64,000 nt of DNA from the NCBI GenBank assembly GCA_014913405.1, contig GCA_014913405.1_3931.1. The stretch is one strand, 5' to 3'. Each line of letters starts with the position of its first letter. The first letter of the stretch is position 1. The DNA is from a phage. A program made the position numbers and the translations under genes. Below the pieces are notes generated by a model. It was not told the origin of the DNA and searched no databases. It was given only the letters and a program-made list of their open reading frames with translations. Of this stretch, positions 25,183 to 34,236 are shown piece by piece.

Positions 25183-25257
25183 GGGAGATTGACGGTAATT
25201 GGTAAACCTACCATCCTTAGAAGTTGGTGTTTGAGGGTTCGAATCCCTTGTCTCCTA
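25183..25257 (+). tRNA. tRNA with TAG anticodon (Leu-type) but short variable loop
   Basis: Manual fold, 75 nt. Confidence 0.45.
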
Positions 25258-25267
25258 CCAAATTAAT

Positions 25268-25340
25268 GCAGGTGTAGCAAAATGGTTATGCGGCTGACTC
25301 TTAATCAGTAAGACGATGGGTTCAATTCCCTCCACCTGTA
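25268..25340 (+). tRNA. tRNA-Lys(CTT)
   Basis: Manual fold; paralogous to Lys(TTT). Confidence 0.5.
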
Positions 25341-25349
25341 CCAAACATT

Positions 25350-25422
25350 GGGGATGTAGTTTACATGGTTAAAACATAAGTTTTGCAAACTTAAGTACAG
25401 GGTTCAATTCCCTGCTTCTCCA
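25350..25422 (+). tRNA. tRNA-Ala(TGC)
   Basis: Manual fold; G3-U70 identity pair present. Confidence 0.7.
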
Positions 25423-25431
25423 CCAATTAGT

Positions 25432-25503
25432 GCATCCATAGTTTAAACGGGAAAATTACAGTCTTCCAAACTGAGGTTGAGGGTTCGATTCCCTCTGGAT
25501 GCT
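25432..25503 (+). tRNA. tRNA-Gly(TCC)
   Basis: Manual cloverleaf. Confidence 0.65.
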
Positions 25504-25512
25504 CCAAACAAT

Positions 25513-25586
25513 GCTGCTTTCGTATAATTGGCTATTACACATCCCTTGTAAGGATGGAAATGCAGGTTCGAGTCCTGTGAGCAGCA
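25513..25586 (+). tRNA. tRNA-Thr(TGT)
   Basis: Manual cloverleaf, perfect anticodon stem. Confidence 0.7.
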
Positions 25587-25591
25587 CCAAT

Positions 25592-25681
25592 TCAGAGGTC
25601 AAGTGAAAGACCGCTTTGAGTCAACTGAAGACCGTAACAAATACCACGGAGTTGAGTTAGCGGCACAACTTCAGACCTCTT
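25592..25681 (+). ncRNA. Structured inter-tRNA element E5 (related to E1-E4)
   Basis: CAGAGGTC ... GACCTCT closing stem; internal CTGAAGACCGTAACAAATAC. Confidence 0.35.
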
Positions 25682-25685
25682 TCAT

Positions 25686-25757
25686 ACTCGCTTAGTTTAT
25701 ATGGTAAAACATCACCCTTACAAGATGAAGAAAAAGGTTCAAGTCCTTTAGTGAGTA
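25686..25757 (+). tRNA. tRNA-Val(TAC)
   Basis: Manual cloverleaf. Confidence 0.6.
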
Positions 25758-25761
25758 CCAT

Positions 25762-25836
25762 GTTCCAGTATCCCAATTGGCAGAGGATGCAAGCTCAAAC
25801 CTTGTATTAGTGACGGTTCGAATCCGTCTTGGAACA
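25762..25836 (+). tRNA. tRNA with CAA anticodon (Leu-type) but short variable loop
   Basis: Manual fold, 75 nt; Leu-like D-loop AATTGGCAGAG. Confidence 0.45.
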
Positions 25837-25844
25837 CCAATTTT

Positions 25845-25917
25845 GCAGGATTAGTTCAAATGGAAAGAGCAACAGTCTACGAAGCTGTTAATAGGGGTTC
25901 GAATCCCTTATCCTGCG
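25845..25917 (+). tRNA. tRNA-Arg(ACG)
   Basis: Manual cloverleaf, perfect acceptor. Confidence 0.7.
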
Positions 25918-25937
25918 CCAGATAAAAAGGTGATACT

Positions 25938-26180
25938 ATGCAAACATTAACAGTAGTTGAACATGAAAACTGTGAGAGTATTGAGTTTGTCAGGGTCATT
26001 GGTGTTGAACACCACATTTTCTTAAAAGTGGGATACTTATGTGACCCCGCTAGAGTAGAAAGATTTATACGTGATTGTTTTGGTGGTAGACATCTGAAGA
26101 GTGTTATTTTTGAGACAGTTTTACCAGAAGGTTTAGAAACGAATAATAACATTTACCTCCTTACGAGGATTAGACAATGA
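25938..26180 (+). CDS. Hypothetical protein embedded in tRNA array
   Basis: ORF with AAGGTGA SD. Confidence 0.5.
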   Translation: MQTLTVVEHENCESIEFVRVIGVEHHIFLKVGYLCDPARVERFIRDCFGGRHLKSVIFETVLPEGLETNNNIYLLTRIRQ

Positions 26181-26734
26181 GATACTTAAAGTATGCTTCA
26201 TGGATTTTCTTAGCTTTGTTAGAGCCATTTGCAGCAATCTTAGCAGTTATCTTAGCACCTTTTGTAGTTCCATTCTACAGTGAGAAGAAAGGACACTTAC
26301 CTTTCGGGTTCAGATGGATGGAGACATATGACAACCCAATTGATGGTGATGAAGGTCACGTTAAAAGATGGGCTAATATTAGATGGATTGGTAAACTAGG
26401 TGTCTACATGCAAAGAGTCGGATGGCTCTGGAGAAACAAAGCTTATAACTTCTCTTACCATGTATTAGGAAGAGATGTAAGAGATGTTACTAAGTGGAAA
26501 GGTAATATCAACGTAAGTTCTAACCCTGAAGATAATCAGACTGGTTATCTCCTAATGTGGAACAGTAATGCTTGGGGATTATTCGCTTTTATCCCATCAA
26601 TTAAAGTCTTCGGTAAACAGTTTTACTGGAGAATTTATGTTGGATGGAAACTTAAAAGTGTTGTCCCAGAAGAAAGAGCATTCTCAAGGGAAAGAGTTAT
26701 GTTGGCATTCTTTATTCATCCACTGAGAAAGTAA
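26177..26734 (+). CDS. Membrane protein (N-terminal TM helix, Trp-rich), embedded in tRNA array
   Basis: ORF coupled by ATGA overlap. Confidence 0.5.
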   Translation: MRYLKYASWIFLALLEPFAAILAVILAPFVVPFYSEKKGHLPFGFRWMETYDNPIDGDEGHVKRWANIRWIGKLGVYMQRVGWLWRNKAYNFSYHVLGRDVRDVTKWKGNINVSSNPEDNQTGYLLMWNSNAWGLFAFIPSIKVFGKQFYWRIYVGWKLKSVVPEERAFSRERVMLAFFIHPLRK

Positions 26735-26742
26735 AGATTTAA

Positions 26743-26815
26743 AGGGGATTAGTTTACAAGGTTAAAACCTCGGTCTTTGAAATCGAAGAAGTTGGTTCAA
26801 TTCCAACATCCCCCG
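26743..26815 (+). tRNA. tRNA-Gln(TTG)
   Basis: Manual fold; 1-72 mismatch. Confidence 0.6.
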
Positions 26816-26820
26816 CCAAT

Positions 26821-26896
26821 GCTCCATTACTCCAATTGGCAGAGAGGCCAGACTTAAAATCTGTGTTATGTATCGGTTCGAATCCGATATGGAGTA
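26821..26896 (+). tRNA. tRNA with TAA anticodon (Leu-type), 7-nt variable loop
   Basis: Manual fold, 76 nt. Confidence 0.45.
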
Positions 26897-26904
26897 CCAA
26901 ATTT

Positions 26905-26977
26905 AGCGGTATAGCATAACTGGCAATGCAGCAGTCTCTGAAGCTGTCCTATTAAGGTTCAAATCCTTATGCCGCTG
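26905..26977 (+). tRNA. tRNA-Gln(CTG)
   Basis: Manual cloverleaf. Confidence 0.6.
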
Positions 26978-27011
26978 CCACTTCTAAGGATTCTTACGAG
27001 AGTCCTTAAAT

Positions 27012-27085
27012 GTGGCCTTATCATAAATGGTAATGACCCATGCTGTGAACATGGTCTATACGGGTTCAAATCCCGTAGGTCACCC
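27012..27085 (+). tRNA. tRNA-His(GTG)
   Basis: Manual cloverleaf; discriminator C. Confidence 0.65.
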
Positions 27086-27092
27086 CAATTTA

Positions 27093-27167
27093 TAGTCCAA
27101 GTAGCTTATATGGTTAAAGCGCGTGTCTGAAAAACATGAGAAGAGGGTTCAAATCCCACTGGACTAC
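27093..27167 (+). tRNA. tRNA-Phe(GAA), atypical acceptor/D junction
   Basis: Manual fold. Confidence 0.5.
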
Positions 27168-27185
27168 CAATTTCAAAGGTGCTTA

Positions 27186-27920
27186 ATGAAAGAGATGACA
27201 GAACAAGGTAAGGAGATTTTCAATCTCTTAAAAACCGGTAAAGGGTTTTCTAACCCCCTTATTACTGGTGCAGCAGTTCTCGGTGGAACCGTAGCTGCCT
27301 CTACATCACTTGTAAGCTCTATTAGCTCTGTATCAGACCCTACAGTAAAGGATAAGCTTGTTGCTGCTGGACTTACAACAGTTCTGCTTAACAGCTTTAC
27401 CACGAGTCTGACAAGCACTACATCAACTACCAAAACACTAACAGATTACGGTCAAAAGTCCATTGATGAGTTTTCATCACGTATGCAGGTAGCAAAAGGT
27501 TACTCTAATGTTATGGGTGCAGCAGGTGAACAAGTTGGCTGTACACCATTTAGTGGTATTATGGGTGTTGCTACAGAGTATGGTCAAAAAACTATTGATA
27601 CGATTAACAGTGTACTAGATAGTGTTAATGGTGTGTTAAGTGACTTACAAGATGCTATTGACAAAGGTCTTGATACTATTTCTGATTTAGCTGAGCAAGC
27701 TGTTAGTAAGATTAATGAAGGTATTTCAAAAATTACAGCTTATGCAGATGAAGTTGTGCAGATGATTGAAGAAGAAGCTGCTCTTATTGCAGAGTACCTT
27801 AAAACGAATATCAATGGGTTCTTAGCAGGTATCTTACCAGACTGGTTTGATGATGCTTGTAAAACTGGTGTAATTGACACTATTGCAACACCAGAAATGA
27901 AGAACGCATTACAGAAATAA
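27186..27920 (+). CDS. Hypothetical protein embedded in tRNA array (start moved from track 27123, which lies inside tRNA-Phe)
   Basis: In-frame ATG at 27186 with AAAGGTG SD. Confidence 0.5.
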   Translation: MKEMTEQGKEIFNLLKTGKGFSNPLITGAAVLGGTVAASTSLVSSISSVSDPTVKDKLVAAGLTTVLLNSFTTSLTSTTSTTKTLTDYGQKSIDEFSSRMQVAKGYSNVMGAAGEQVGCTPFSGIMGVATEYGQKTIDTINSVLDSVNGVLSDLQDAIDKGLDTISDLAEQAVSKINEGISKITAYADEVVQMIEEEAALIAEYLKTNINGFLAGILPDWFDDACKTGVIDTIATPEMKNALQK

Positions 27921-27922
27921 AT

Positions 27923-28012
27923 GGAAGATTAACCCTAAAAGGTAAGGGAGCAGTTTGCTAAACTGCCAGTAGCTGAGAAATCGGTGTACCAGTTCAAGTC
28001 TGGTATCTTCCT
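27923..28012 (+). tRNA. tRNA-Ser(GCT), class II
   Basis: Manual fold, 90 nt, perfect acceptor and anticodon stems. Confidence 0.7.
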
Positions 28013-28019
28013 CCAATTT

Positions 28020-28092
28020 GAATCCGTGACAGAAACGGCTATGTGCCTGTCTGCAAAACAGGTTTATAAGGGTTCGAGTCCCTTCGGATTCT
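28020..28092 (+). tRNA. tRNA-Cys(GCA)
   Basis: Manual cloverleaf, standard 73 nt. Confidence 0.7.
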
Positions 28093-28136
28093 CCAAGTTA
28101 TTTTACTCTCTCTCAATTAAAATAATAATAATGCCC

Positions 28137-28196
28137 TGCTATAAGTATTCTTCCTTTCGCTACCGAAGAGTATTTTTAGACAGGGCTTTTTTACAG
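28137..28196 (+). terminator. Terminator at end of tRNA array
   Basis: GCCCTG...CAGGGC stem followed by T6. Confidence 0.6.
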
Positions 28197-28245
28197 AGTT
28201 ATACTTTATAGGAAGACTTATACAGTATGTCTCTGACGTACATTG

Positions 28246-28276
28246 TGGTTTCTCCTTGACGGTCTCTGTGCCGTCT
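28246..28276 (+). terminator. Second terminator
   Basis: GACGG-loop-CCGTC followed by T6. Confidence 0.6.
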
Positions 28277-28317
28277 TTTTTAAGGGGAAACATGATTAAC
28301 TATTTGGAGAAAACATA

Positions 28318-28518
28318 ATGAGCGAGACCGTTTATAAAGAACTTTATGAAGCTAATAAAAAGCTAGAATTTATGCAGAATACTATCATGGCAATTGCAGA
28401 CAGATTGTCTGTAGCAACAGGTATTGATATTAAAGAAGCATCTATGGATGCACTTCTTGATGCTGTTGATGCAAAGTTCGAAGTTAAGAAAGAAGAGACT
28501 GCTACAGACTCTGAATAA
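28318..28518 (+). CDS. Small helical protein upstream of terminase
   Basis: ORF 66 aa. Confidence 0.4.
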   Translation: MSETVYKELYEANKKLEFMQNTIMAIADRLSVATGIDIKEASMDALLDAVDAKFEVKKEETATDSE

Positions 28519-28524
28519 TTCTAT

Positions 28525-30141
28525 TTGCGGAGGTGCTTAATGGACTTAAATGCTGTTAAGCAGAAGCGAGTGGAAGATGTTAGGAAAGTCCTAGCTGGAG
28601 AGTTGGGGCTTTCTGATGAAGTAAAAGAAATTATCAAATCATTCGGTAAAGACCCCTCTAAATTCCTTCCAACTCAAATTCTGACTTTATTAAGATATAC
28701 ACCAGACCAAGTTAGACTTATCTTCAAATTGATGACTGATAAGAACTATGTAGCCCCTCAGCCGGGTTCTCAAGAGGTCTTTTTAAATACTAATGCTGAC
28801 TTGGTTCTCTATGGTGGTGCTGCTGGTGCTGGTAAAACTGCTGCATTGTTAATGGACTCTTTAAGGTTTATTGAAGACCCTAACTATAATGCTGTATATT
28901 TCCGTCGAAATACAACACAGCTACAAGGTGGTTTATGGCCTGCTGCAAAGAAACTATTTGGTAAGTTTGGTGGGGTTCCTCACGAGCAGAAGATGACTAT
29001 CACATTCCCTTCTGGGGCAACTATCAAGTTTACTTATTTAGAACTTGAAAAACACGCTGAAGGTCATCAGGGTATTGAATACTCAGCTATTTACTTTGAT
29101 GAAGGTACACACTTCTCTGCTTCACAGATTTCATACCTACAAACACGTCTGCGTTCTGGTGCTGAAGGTGATTCATACATGAAGATTTCCATGAACCCAG
29201 ACAGAGACCACTTTATTTATGATTGGGTAGAACCATTCTTAGATGAAGAAGGTTATCCAGACCCTGAAAAGTGTGGTCGTATTCGTTGGTACGTAATGAA
29301 TGACGGTGTGATGGTTTCTGATTGGGAGAGAGACAAGATTCTTGAAATGTTCCCTCTTGAGATTCCTCAAACATACACCTTTATCTCTGGTACGATTGAT
29401 GATAACCCAATCCTTGACTTCTTAGAACCTAAGTACCGTGGTAAGTTGGAAAACAACACCCCTGTAAACGTTGCAAGACTTCGTTTCGGTAACTGGAAGG
29501 CTCGTGCAGAAGGTTCAAACTACTGGCAAAGACAATGGTGTGAAATTGTTGATTCACTCCCAGAAGATGTATTTGATGTTAGAGCATGGGACTTAGCAGC
29601 AACTTTACCATCTGAGATTAACCCTAATCCAGACTGGACAGCAGGTGTTAAGATGGGTAAATCTAAAAAAGACGGTTGCTATTATATCATTGATGTAGTA
29701 AGATTTAGAGATAGACCCTCTGGAGTCGAAACACAAATTAATTTGACTGCTGAAAGTGACGGTAAGCGAACTGGTATTTTTATCCCTCAAGACCCAGGCG
29801 CTGCTGGTAAATCCTACGCAACATCCCTCATCAGGAAACTTGCCGAGAAAGGTTATCGTGCAAGAGCTAAACCAACAAATAAAGATAAAGTTACCCGCTT
29901 TGCGGGATTTTCTGCTGCTTCTGAGGCTGGACTTGTAAAAGTCTTGAGAGGTAGTTGGAACGAAGCTTATTTTCAAGAGCTTGAAGGCTTTTGTGGTGAT
30001 GGCAAAACTAAAGATGACCAAGTGGATGCTACCAGTGATGCTTTCAACAGTCTTAACGAAGTTAAATTATTCAAGCCACCATCAATGGGTGCTCACACAG
30101 ACTTAGTGAGAGGAAACCCATATGAGGGGCTTAGACGTTGA
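28525..30141 (+). CDS. terL: Terminase large subunit
   Basis: Walker A GGAAGAGKT; size and position before portal. Confidence 0.85.
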   Translation: MRRCLMDLNAVKQKRVEDVRKVLAGELGLSDEVKEIIKSFGKDPSKFLPTQILTLLRYTPDQVRLIFKLMTDKNYVAPQPGSQEVFLNTNADLVLYGGAAGAGKTAALLMDSLRFIEDPNYNAVYFRRNTTQLQGGLWPAAKKLFGKFGGVPHEQKMTITFPSGATIKFTYLELEKHAEGHQGIEYSAIYFDEGTHFSASQISYLQTRLRSGAEGDSYMKISMNPDRDHFIYDWVEPFLDEEGYPDPEKCGRIRWYVMNDGVMVSDWERDKILEMFPLEIPQTYTFISGTIDDNPILDFLEPKYRGKLENNTPVNVARLRFGNWKARAEGSNYWQRQWCEIVDSLPEDVFDVRAWDLAATLPSEINPNPDWTAGVKMGKSKKDGCYYIIDVVRFRDRPSGVETQINLTAESDGKRTGIFIPQDPGAAGKSYATSLIRKLAEKGYRARAKPTNKDKVTRFAGFSAASEAGLVKVLRGSWNEAYFQELEGFCGDGKTKDDQVDATSDAFNSLNEVKLFKPPSMGAHTDLVRGNPYEGLRR

Positions 30142-30148
30142 TAGCTAG

Positions 30149-31624
30149 GTGAGAAGAATGGCAGATATTACAGAAACACAAGAAAGCTTACCACCATTTA
30201 GAATGGGTGAAGTAGGTTCTTTGGGTCTGAAGGTTAAGAATGGAAGAATCTATGAAGAACCTCGTCAGGCACTAAGGTTCCCTGAAAGTATTAAAACTTT
30301 CCAATTAATGATGCGTGACCCTGCTGTAGCAGCATCTGTAAATATTATTAAGATGTTTGTCAGAAAGGTCAACTGGAGATTCGTACCTCCAAAGGGGAAA
30401 GAGCAAGACCCTAAAATGCTTGAAAGAGCAGACTTCTTTAATTCTTTAATGGATGACATGGAGCATGATTGGGCAGATTTTATTAACTCTGTAATGTCAT
30501 TCTGCACTTATGGGTTCTGTGTTAACGAAAAGGTTTATAAGAAACGTCAGGGTAAAAAAGGAAAGTACCAGTCAAAATTTGATGACGGTCTAATTGGGTG
30601 GGCTAAATTACCAATCAGAAACCAGTCAACACTTGATAAGTGGTATTTTGACGAAGACTTTAGAAAAGTTACTGGTGTTAGACAGAATCTGAGAAATGTT
30701 TCACATATTGCTGGAGCAATCAATCTCGGAGAAAGACCACTAACAAGAAAACTTCCACGAGCTAAATTCATGCTGTTTAAGTATGACGATGAATATGGAA
30801 ATCCAGAAGGTCGTTCACCATTACTTAACGCTTATGTACCGTGGAAATATAAAGTACAGATTGAAGAGTATGAAGCTGTTGGTGTTTCAAGAGACTTAGT
30901 AGGTATGCCAAAGATTGGTTTACCACCAGACTATCTGGATGAAAATGCAGAGCCTGAAAAGAAAGCTTTCGTACAATACTGCAAAACTGTTGTTAACGAT
31001 ATGATTGCTAATGACAGAGCAGGTTTAATCTGGCCTAGATATATCGACCCAGAAACTAAAGAGGATATCTTTGAGTTCTCATTAGTTTCTAGACAGGGTG
31101 CTAAAGCATATGATACAGGTTCTATCATTGACAGATATTCCAAGCAAATTATGATGGCATTTATGTCAGATGTTCTTGCTATGGGTCAGTCAAAATATGG
31201 TTCATTCTCTCTTGCAGATTCTAAGACAAGCCTATTAGCAATGTCAGTAGATATTCTGCTGAAGCAAATTAAGAACGTAATTAACCGTGACTTAGTTGCA
31301 CAGACTTATGCTCTTAATATGTGGGATGATGAAGAACATGTACAAATCACATACGATGATATCGAAACTCCAGACCTTGAAGCAATTGGTTCTTATATTC
31401 AGAAGACTGTTGCAGTAGGTGCTTTGGAAGTTGACAAAGAGCTATCTAACAAACTTAGAGAGCATATTGGTCTTCCTCCTGCTGATGAGTCTCAGCCAGT
31501 ATCTGAAAAGCTTTCTCCAAATAGCCAAAGCCGTTCAGGAGATGGTTATAAGACCGCTGGAGAAGGTACTGCAAAGACACCTTCAGCGAAAGACCCAAGC
31601 ACAGCAAATAAGGCAAATAAATAA
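30149..31624 (+). CDS. Portal protein
   Basis: 491 aa directly downstream of terL; family not verified. Confidence 0.6.
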   Translation: MRRMADITETQESLPPFRMGEVGSLGLKVKNGRIYEEPRQALRFPESIKTFQLMMRDPAVAASVNIIKMFVRKVNWRFVPPKGKEQDPKMLERADFFNSLMDDMEHDWADFINSVMSFCTYGFCVNEKVYKKRQGKKGKYQSKFDDGLIGWAKLPIRNQSTLDKWYFDEDFRKVTGVRQNLRNVSHIAGAINLGERPLTRKLPRAKFMLFKYDDEYGNPEGRSPLLNAYVPWKYKVQIEEYEAVGVSRDLVGMPKIGLPPDYLDENAEPEKKAFVQYCKTVVNDMIANDRAGLIWPRYIDPETKEDIFEFSLVSRQGAKAYDTGSIIDRYSKQIMMAFMSDVLAMGQSKYGSFSLADSKTSLLAMSVDILLKQIKNVINRDLVAQTYALNMWDDEEHVQITYDDIETPDLEAIGSYIQKTVAVGALEVDKELSNKLREHIGLPPADESQPVSEKLSPNSQSRSGDGYKTAGEGTAKTPSAKDPSTANKANK

Positions 31625-32124
31625 TGGCTGAAGTTATCTCTATTTCAAATGCTACACGAGTGCATTCGTATAGGGGTGTCCTTATCATCACTGATAAGTT
31701 ATCTGTAGAGGCTGGCTCAAGGGTCAGCCTTTCAGGTTATGTTAGTGATGGTGGAGTCTCTAACGTTTTCACTATTTGCAGGTTACTTGATGCACCAATG
31801 AGTGGAAAACCGTTTATTTCAGGAAATTGTAGTGAAATTGTTAAAATTCCATTTGACAGTTCATGCCTTTTGGGTGTAAAGTTATATAACTGCGAGAATA
31901 AACGTGTCAATGTTAATAGCATTGAAGCCGCTTTCATTACCCTCGATACTGCATTTCAATCCCCAATGACAGTTAACAAAGAAACAAACAGACTTGAATA
32001 CATTTTTTCACAAAATGATTACAAAGTACTTGTCAAAGGTAAAGTATATGATATGATTGTAAATGTGGTAGATGAATCTGGTAACCATTCAACAGTCCTT
32101 AAACAAAAAGTAAGGTTTAATTAA
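31624..32124 (+). CDS. Hypothetical head-module protein
   Basis: ORF coupled. Confidence 0.45.
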   Translation: MAEVISISNATRVHSYRGVLIITDKLSVEAGSRVSLSGYVSDGGVSNVFTICRLLDAPMSGKPFISGNCSEIVKIPFDSSCLLGVKLYNCENKRVNVNSIEAAFITLDTAFQSPMTVNKETNRLEYIFSQNDYKVLVKGKVYDMIVNVVDESGNHSTVLKQKVRFN

Positions 32125-32456
32125 TGGGAACATTAACTATTGATGGTAAGAATAAAATCCTCGCCACGCTAACCCCAACGACTATTATTTTACACAATGT
32201 AGACCCAACGGCAGACCCTACAGCAAATAAGGTTACTCAGCCAGTGGCTATTTATTTTTCTGAACCGGATAATGGCTTAATTGCCTCAGAAGACACAGTT
32301 AATATTACTGTTCCAGCTTCTGCAACGGTCTCACACTATAGCTTGTGGGATGCTAACGATAAATGCGTGGCAACTGGTGCTCTTAGCAAACCTCAATTCT
32401 TTGCTGAAGAAGGTATCTATGTTATCTCTTCAGTCTCTGTAGATTTAAACAAATAG
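32124..32456 (+). CDS. Hypothetical head-module protein
   Basis: ORF coupled. Confidence 0.45.
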   Translation: MGTLTIDGKNKILATLTPTTIILHNVDPTADPTANKVTQPVAIYFSEPDNGLIASEDTVNITVPASATVSHYSLWDANDKCVATGALSKPQFFAEEGIYVISSVSVDLNK

Positions 32457-32467
32457 GGTGAGTAAAA

Positions 32468-33814
32468 ATGAGTTCGAATATCTTCAGACTTGCTGATAGA
32501 TTATTCAACCAACCTTTACTAGCCACTGAATCATTAGCTCACTCAGCAGCAACTTATGTGAATAACAGATTGCTGGGTGATGTCCAAGCAGCAGTAAACT
32601 TTGATAAACCCAAAGGTGACGCAAGAAGTCTTTTAAAAGTAAAAGATGACATTGCTATTATCCCTATTATGGGTGGTTTAACTCATCGTATGACGTTCAT
32701 TGATGCAATGTGTACAGGTGGATTAAGCTCTTATGAGGGTTTACGTAGAGGCTTTGACGAAGCTTTAGCAGATGAGTCAATCAAGACTATTGTTCTGCAT
32801 ATTGATTCTGGTGGTGGTGAAGCTTCAGGTTGCTTTGAATTAGCACGTCACATCATGGCTTCAAGAGGCCAAAAGAAAATTATTGCTTATGTAGATGAGT
32901 TCGCTTGTTCCGCTGCATATGCTCTTGCATCTTCTGCTGAAGAAATTATTGCATCACCAGATGCAGATGTTGGTTCTATTGGTGTAATCATGGTTCATCA
33001 GGAATTAACTAAGGCATTTGAAAAGAATGGCGTAACAATTAACGTCATCAAAGCTGGTGAGTTTAAAGGTATGGGTTCACCATTCCAAGCACTTTCAGAA
33101 GAAAGCAAAGAAAGACTTCAAAAGAGAATTAATGATACCTACGCAACCTTTACAGGTTTTGTAGCTGAAGCTCGTAATATCTCTGAAGAAGCTGTAAAGA
33201 ATACTGAGGCGAATGTTTATTCTGCTCAGGAAGCTCTTGAACTTGGTTTAATTAACTCAATCATGTCTCAAGATGATTTCTTAAATTACTTACAAGGTTC
33301 TGAAGAGGCTCCTGTAAGTTTAAACGTTAACAATTCAGGTGAAGAAATGACTGAACAAGAAAAGCAAGAACTAGAAGCTTTGCGTCTTCAGGTTGCTCAA
33401 ATGAAAGCTAAAGAACAGGAAGCTGCTTTGTCAGATTTGACTAATAAGATTTCTGCTTCTGCTGAAGCTTTTGGATTTGATGCAAAAGAAGCTGCAACGA
33501 CTATTTTAGGTGCTGGTCTTGATAACCCTCTGAGTGTTCTGTTTATGAATGCTATGGAAGGTGCTAACCAGAAACTTAATGAAACTATCGCGTCCCATGC
33601 TTCTGCAATGGAAGAAAAAGAATCAGAAATTACCAAGCTGAAAGAAACTGCTGGTGCTGTTCTTGAACATTCCAACGCTATGGAAGAAGTGGGTAATGAC
33701 GGCGAAGCTGATTTAGTTGAAGAAGAAAAAGAACCAGCTAAGAATGCTTCCGAAGACACCGCTGAACAACGCAAACTGGCTCTCCAGAATGCTCTAAAAT
33801 CTCTTATCAAATAA
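32468..33814 (+). CDS. Prohead protease (S49/ClpP-like) fused to coiled-coil scaffold-like C-terminus
   Basis: S49-like region IVLHIDSGGGEASG...FACSAAYALASSA; acidic helical C-terminus. Confidence 0.7.
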   Translation: MSSNIFRLADRLFNQPLLATESLAHSAATYVNNRLLGDVQAAVNFDKPKGDARSLLKVKDDIAIIPIMGGLTHRMTFIDAMCTGGLSSYEGLRRGFDEALADESIKTIVLHIDSGGGEASGCFELARHIMASRGQKKIIAYVDEFACSAAYALASSAEEIIASPDADVGSIGVIMVHQELTKAFEKNGVTINVIKAGEFKGMGSPFQALSEESKERLQKRINDTYATFTGFVAEARNISEEAVKNTEANVYSAQEALELGLINSIMSQDDFLNYLQGSEEAPVSLNVNNSGEEMTEQEKQELEALRLQVAQMKAKEQEAALSDLTNKISASAEAFGFDAKEAATTILGAGLDNPLSVLFMNAMEGANQKLNETIASHASAMEEKESEITKLKETAGAVLEHSNAMEEVGNDGEADLVEEEKEPAKNASEDTAEQRKLALQNALKSLIK

Positions 33815-33825
33815 GGAACACAATA

Positions 33826-34203
33826 ATGGCATATCAAGGTTTTACTAAGTTAGGTAAAAGAGAACCTCTGAATGATATCATTCTTTGGGAACAGGTTACC
33901 CCAACAGGCCACTCTCGTAAAGAGTACACCCCACAGGCATCTACAGAATATCGTGTAGGTGAAGTTCTGAAAGCAGATGGTACTAAAGTTGCAGCAGGGG
34001 AAGAAGCTCAGGCTGATTCTGTATGTATCGTTAACTTTTATGCAGACCTGCAACTGTCTTACCACGGTCAGTTGAAAGTTGTTGGTATTTACCGTGACGC
34101 AGAACTGAAAGACATGCTGACTCTTGAGTCTGGTGTTAATGCCGAGAGCGTCAAGACAGCTCTGGCTGCTAAAGGTGTTGATTTCGTACCAACTGGCCTG
34201 TAA
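33826..34203 (+). CDS. Head decoration protein candidate
   Basis: 125 aa between protease and capsid genes. Confidence 0.4.
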   Translation: MAYQGFTKLGKREPLNDIILWEQVTPTGHSRKEYTPQASTEYRVGEVLKADGTKVAAGEEAQADSVCIVNFYADLQLSYHGQLKVVGIYRDAELKDMLTLESGVNAESVKTALAAKGVDFVPTGL

Positions 34204-34236
34204 TAACAATAATAAGACATTCTGGAGAATTTTACA

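Noticed and set aside
25183-25257. Amber-suppressor tRNA (anticodon CTA) as evidence of stop-codon recoding
   Set aside because: The anticodon in the best fold is TAG (reads CUA Leu), not CTA; coding genes here terminate normally at TAA, TAG and TGA with sensible lengths.
27123-27185. Track start codon at 27123 for the 27123-27920 ORF
   Set aside because: The ATG lies inside the anticodon stem of tRNA-Phe; an in-frame ATG at 27186 with an upstream SD is the more plausible start.
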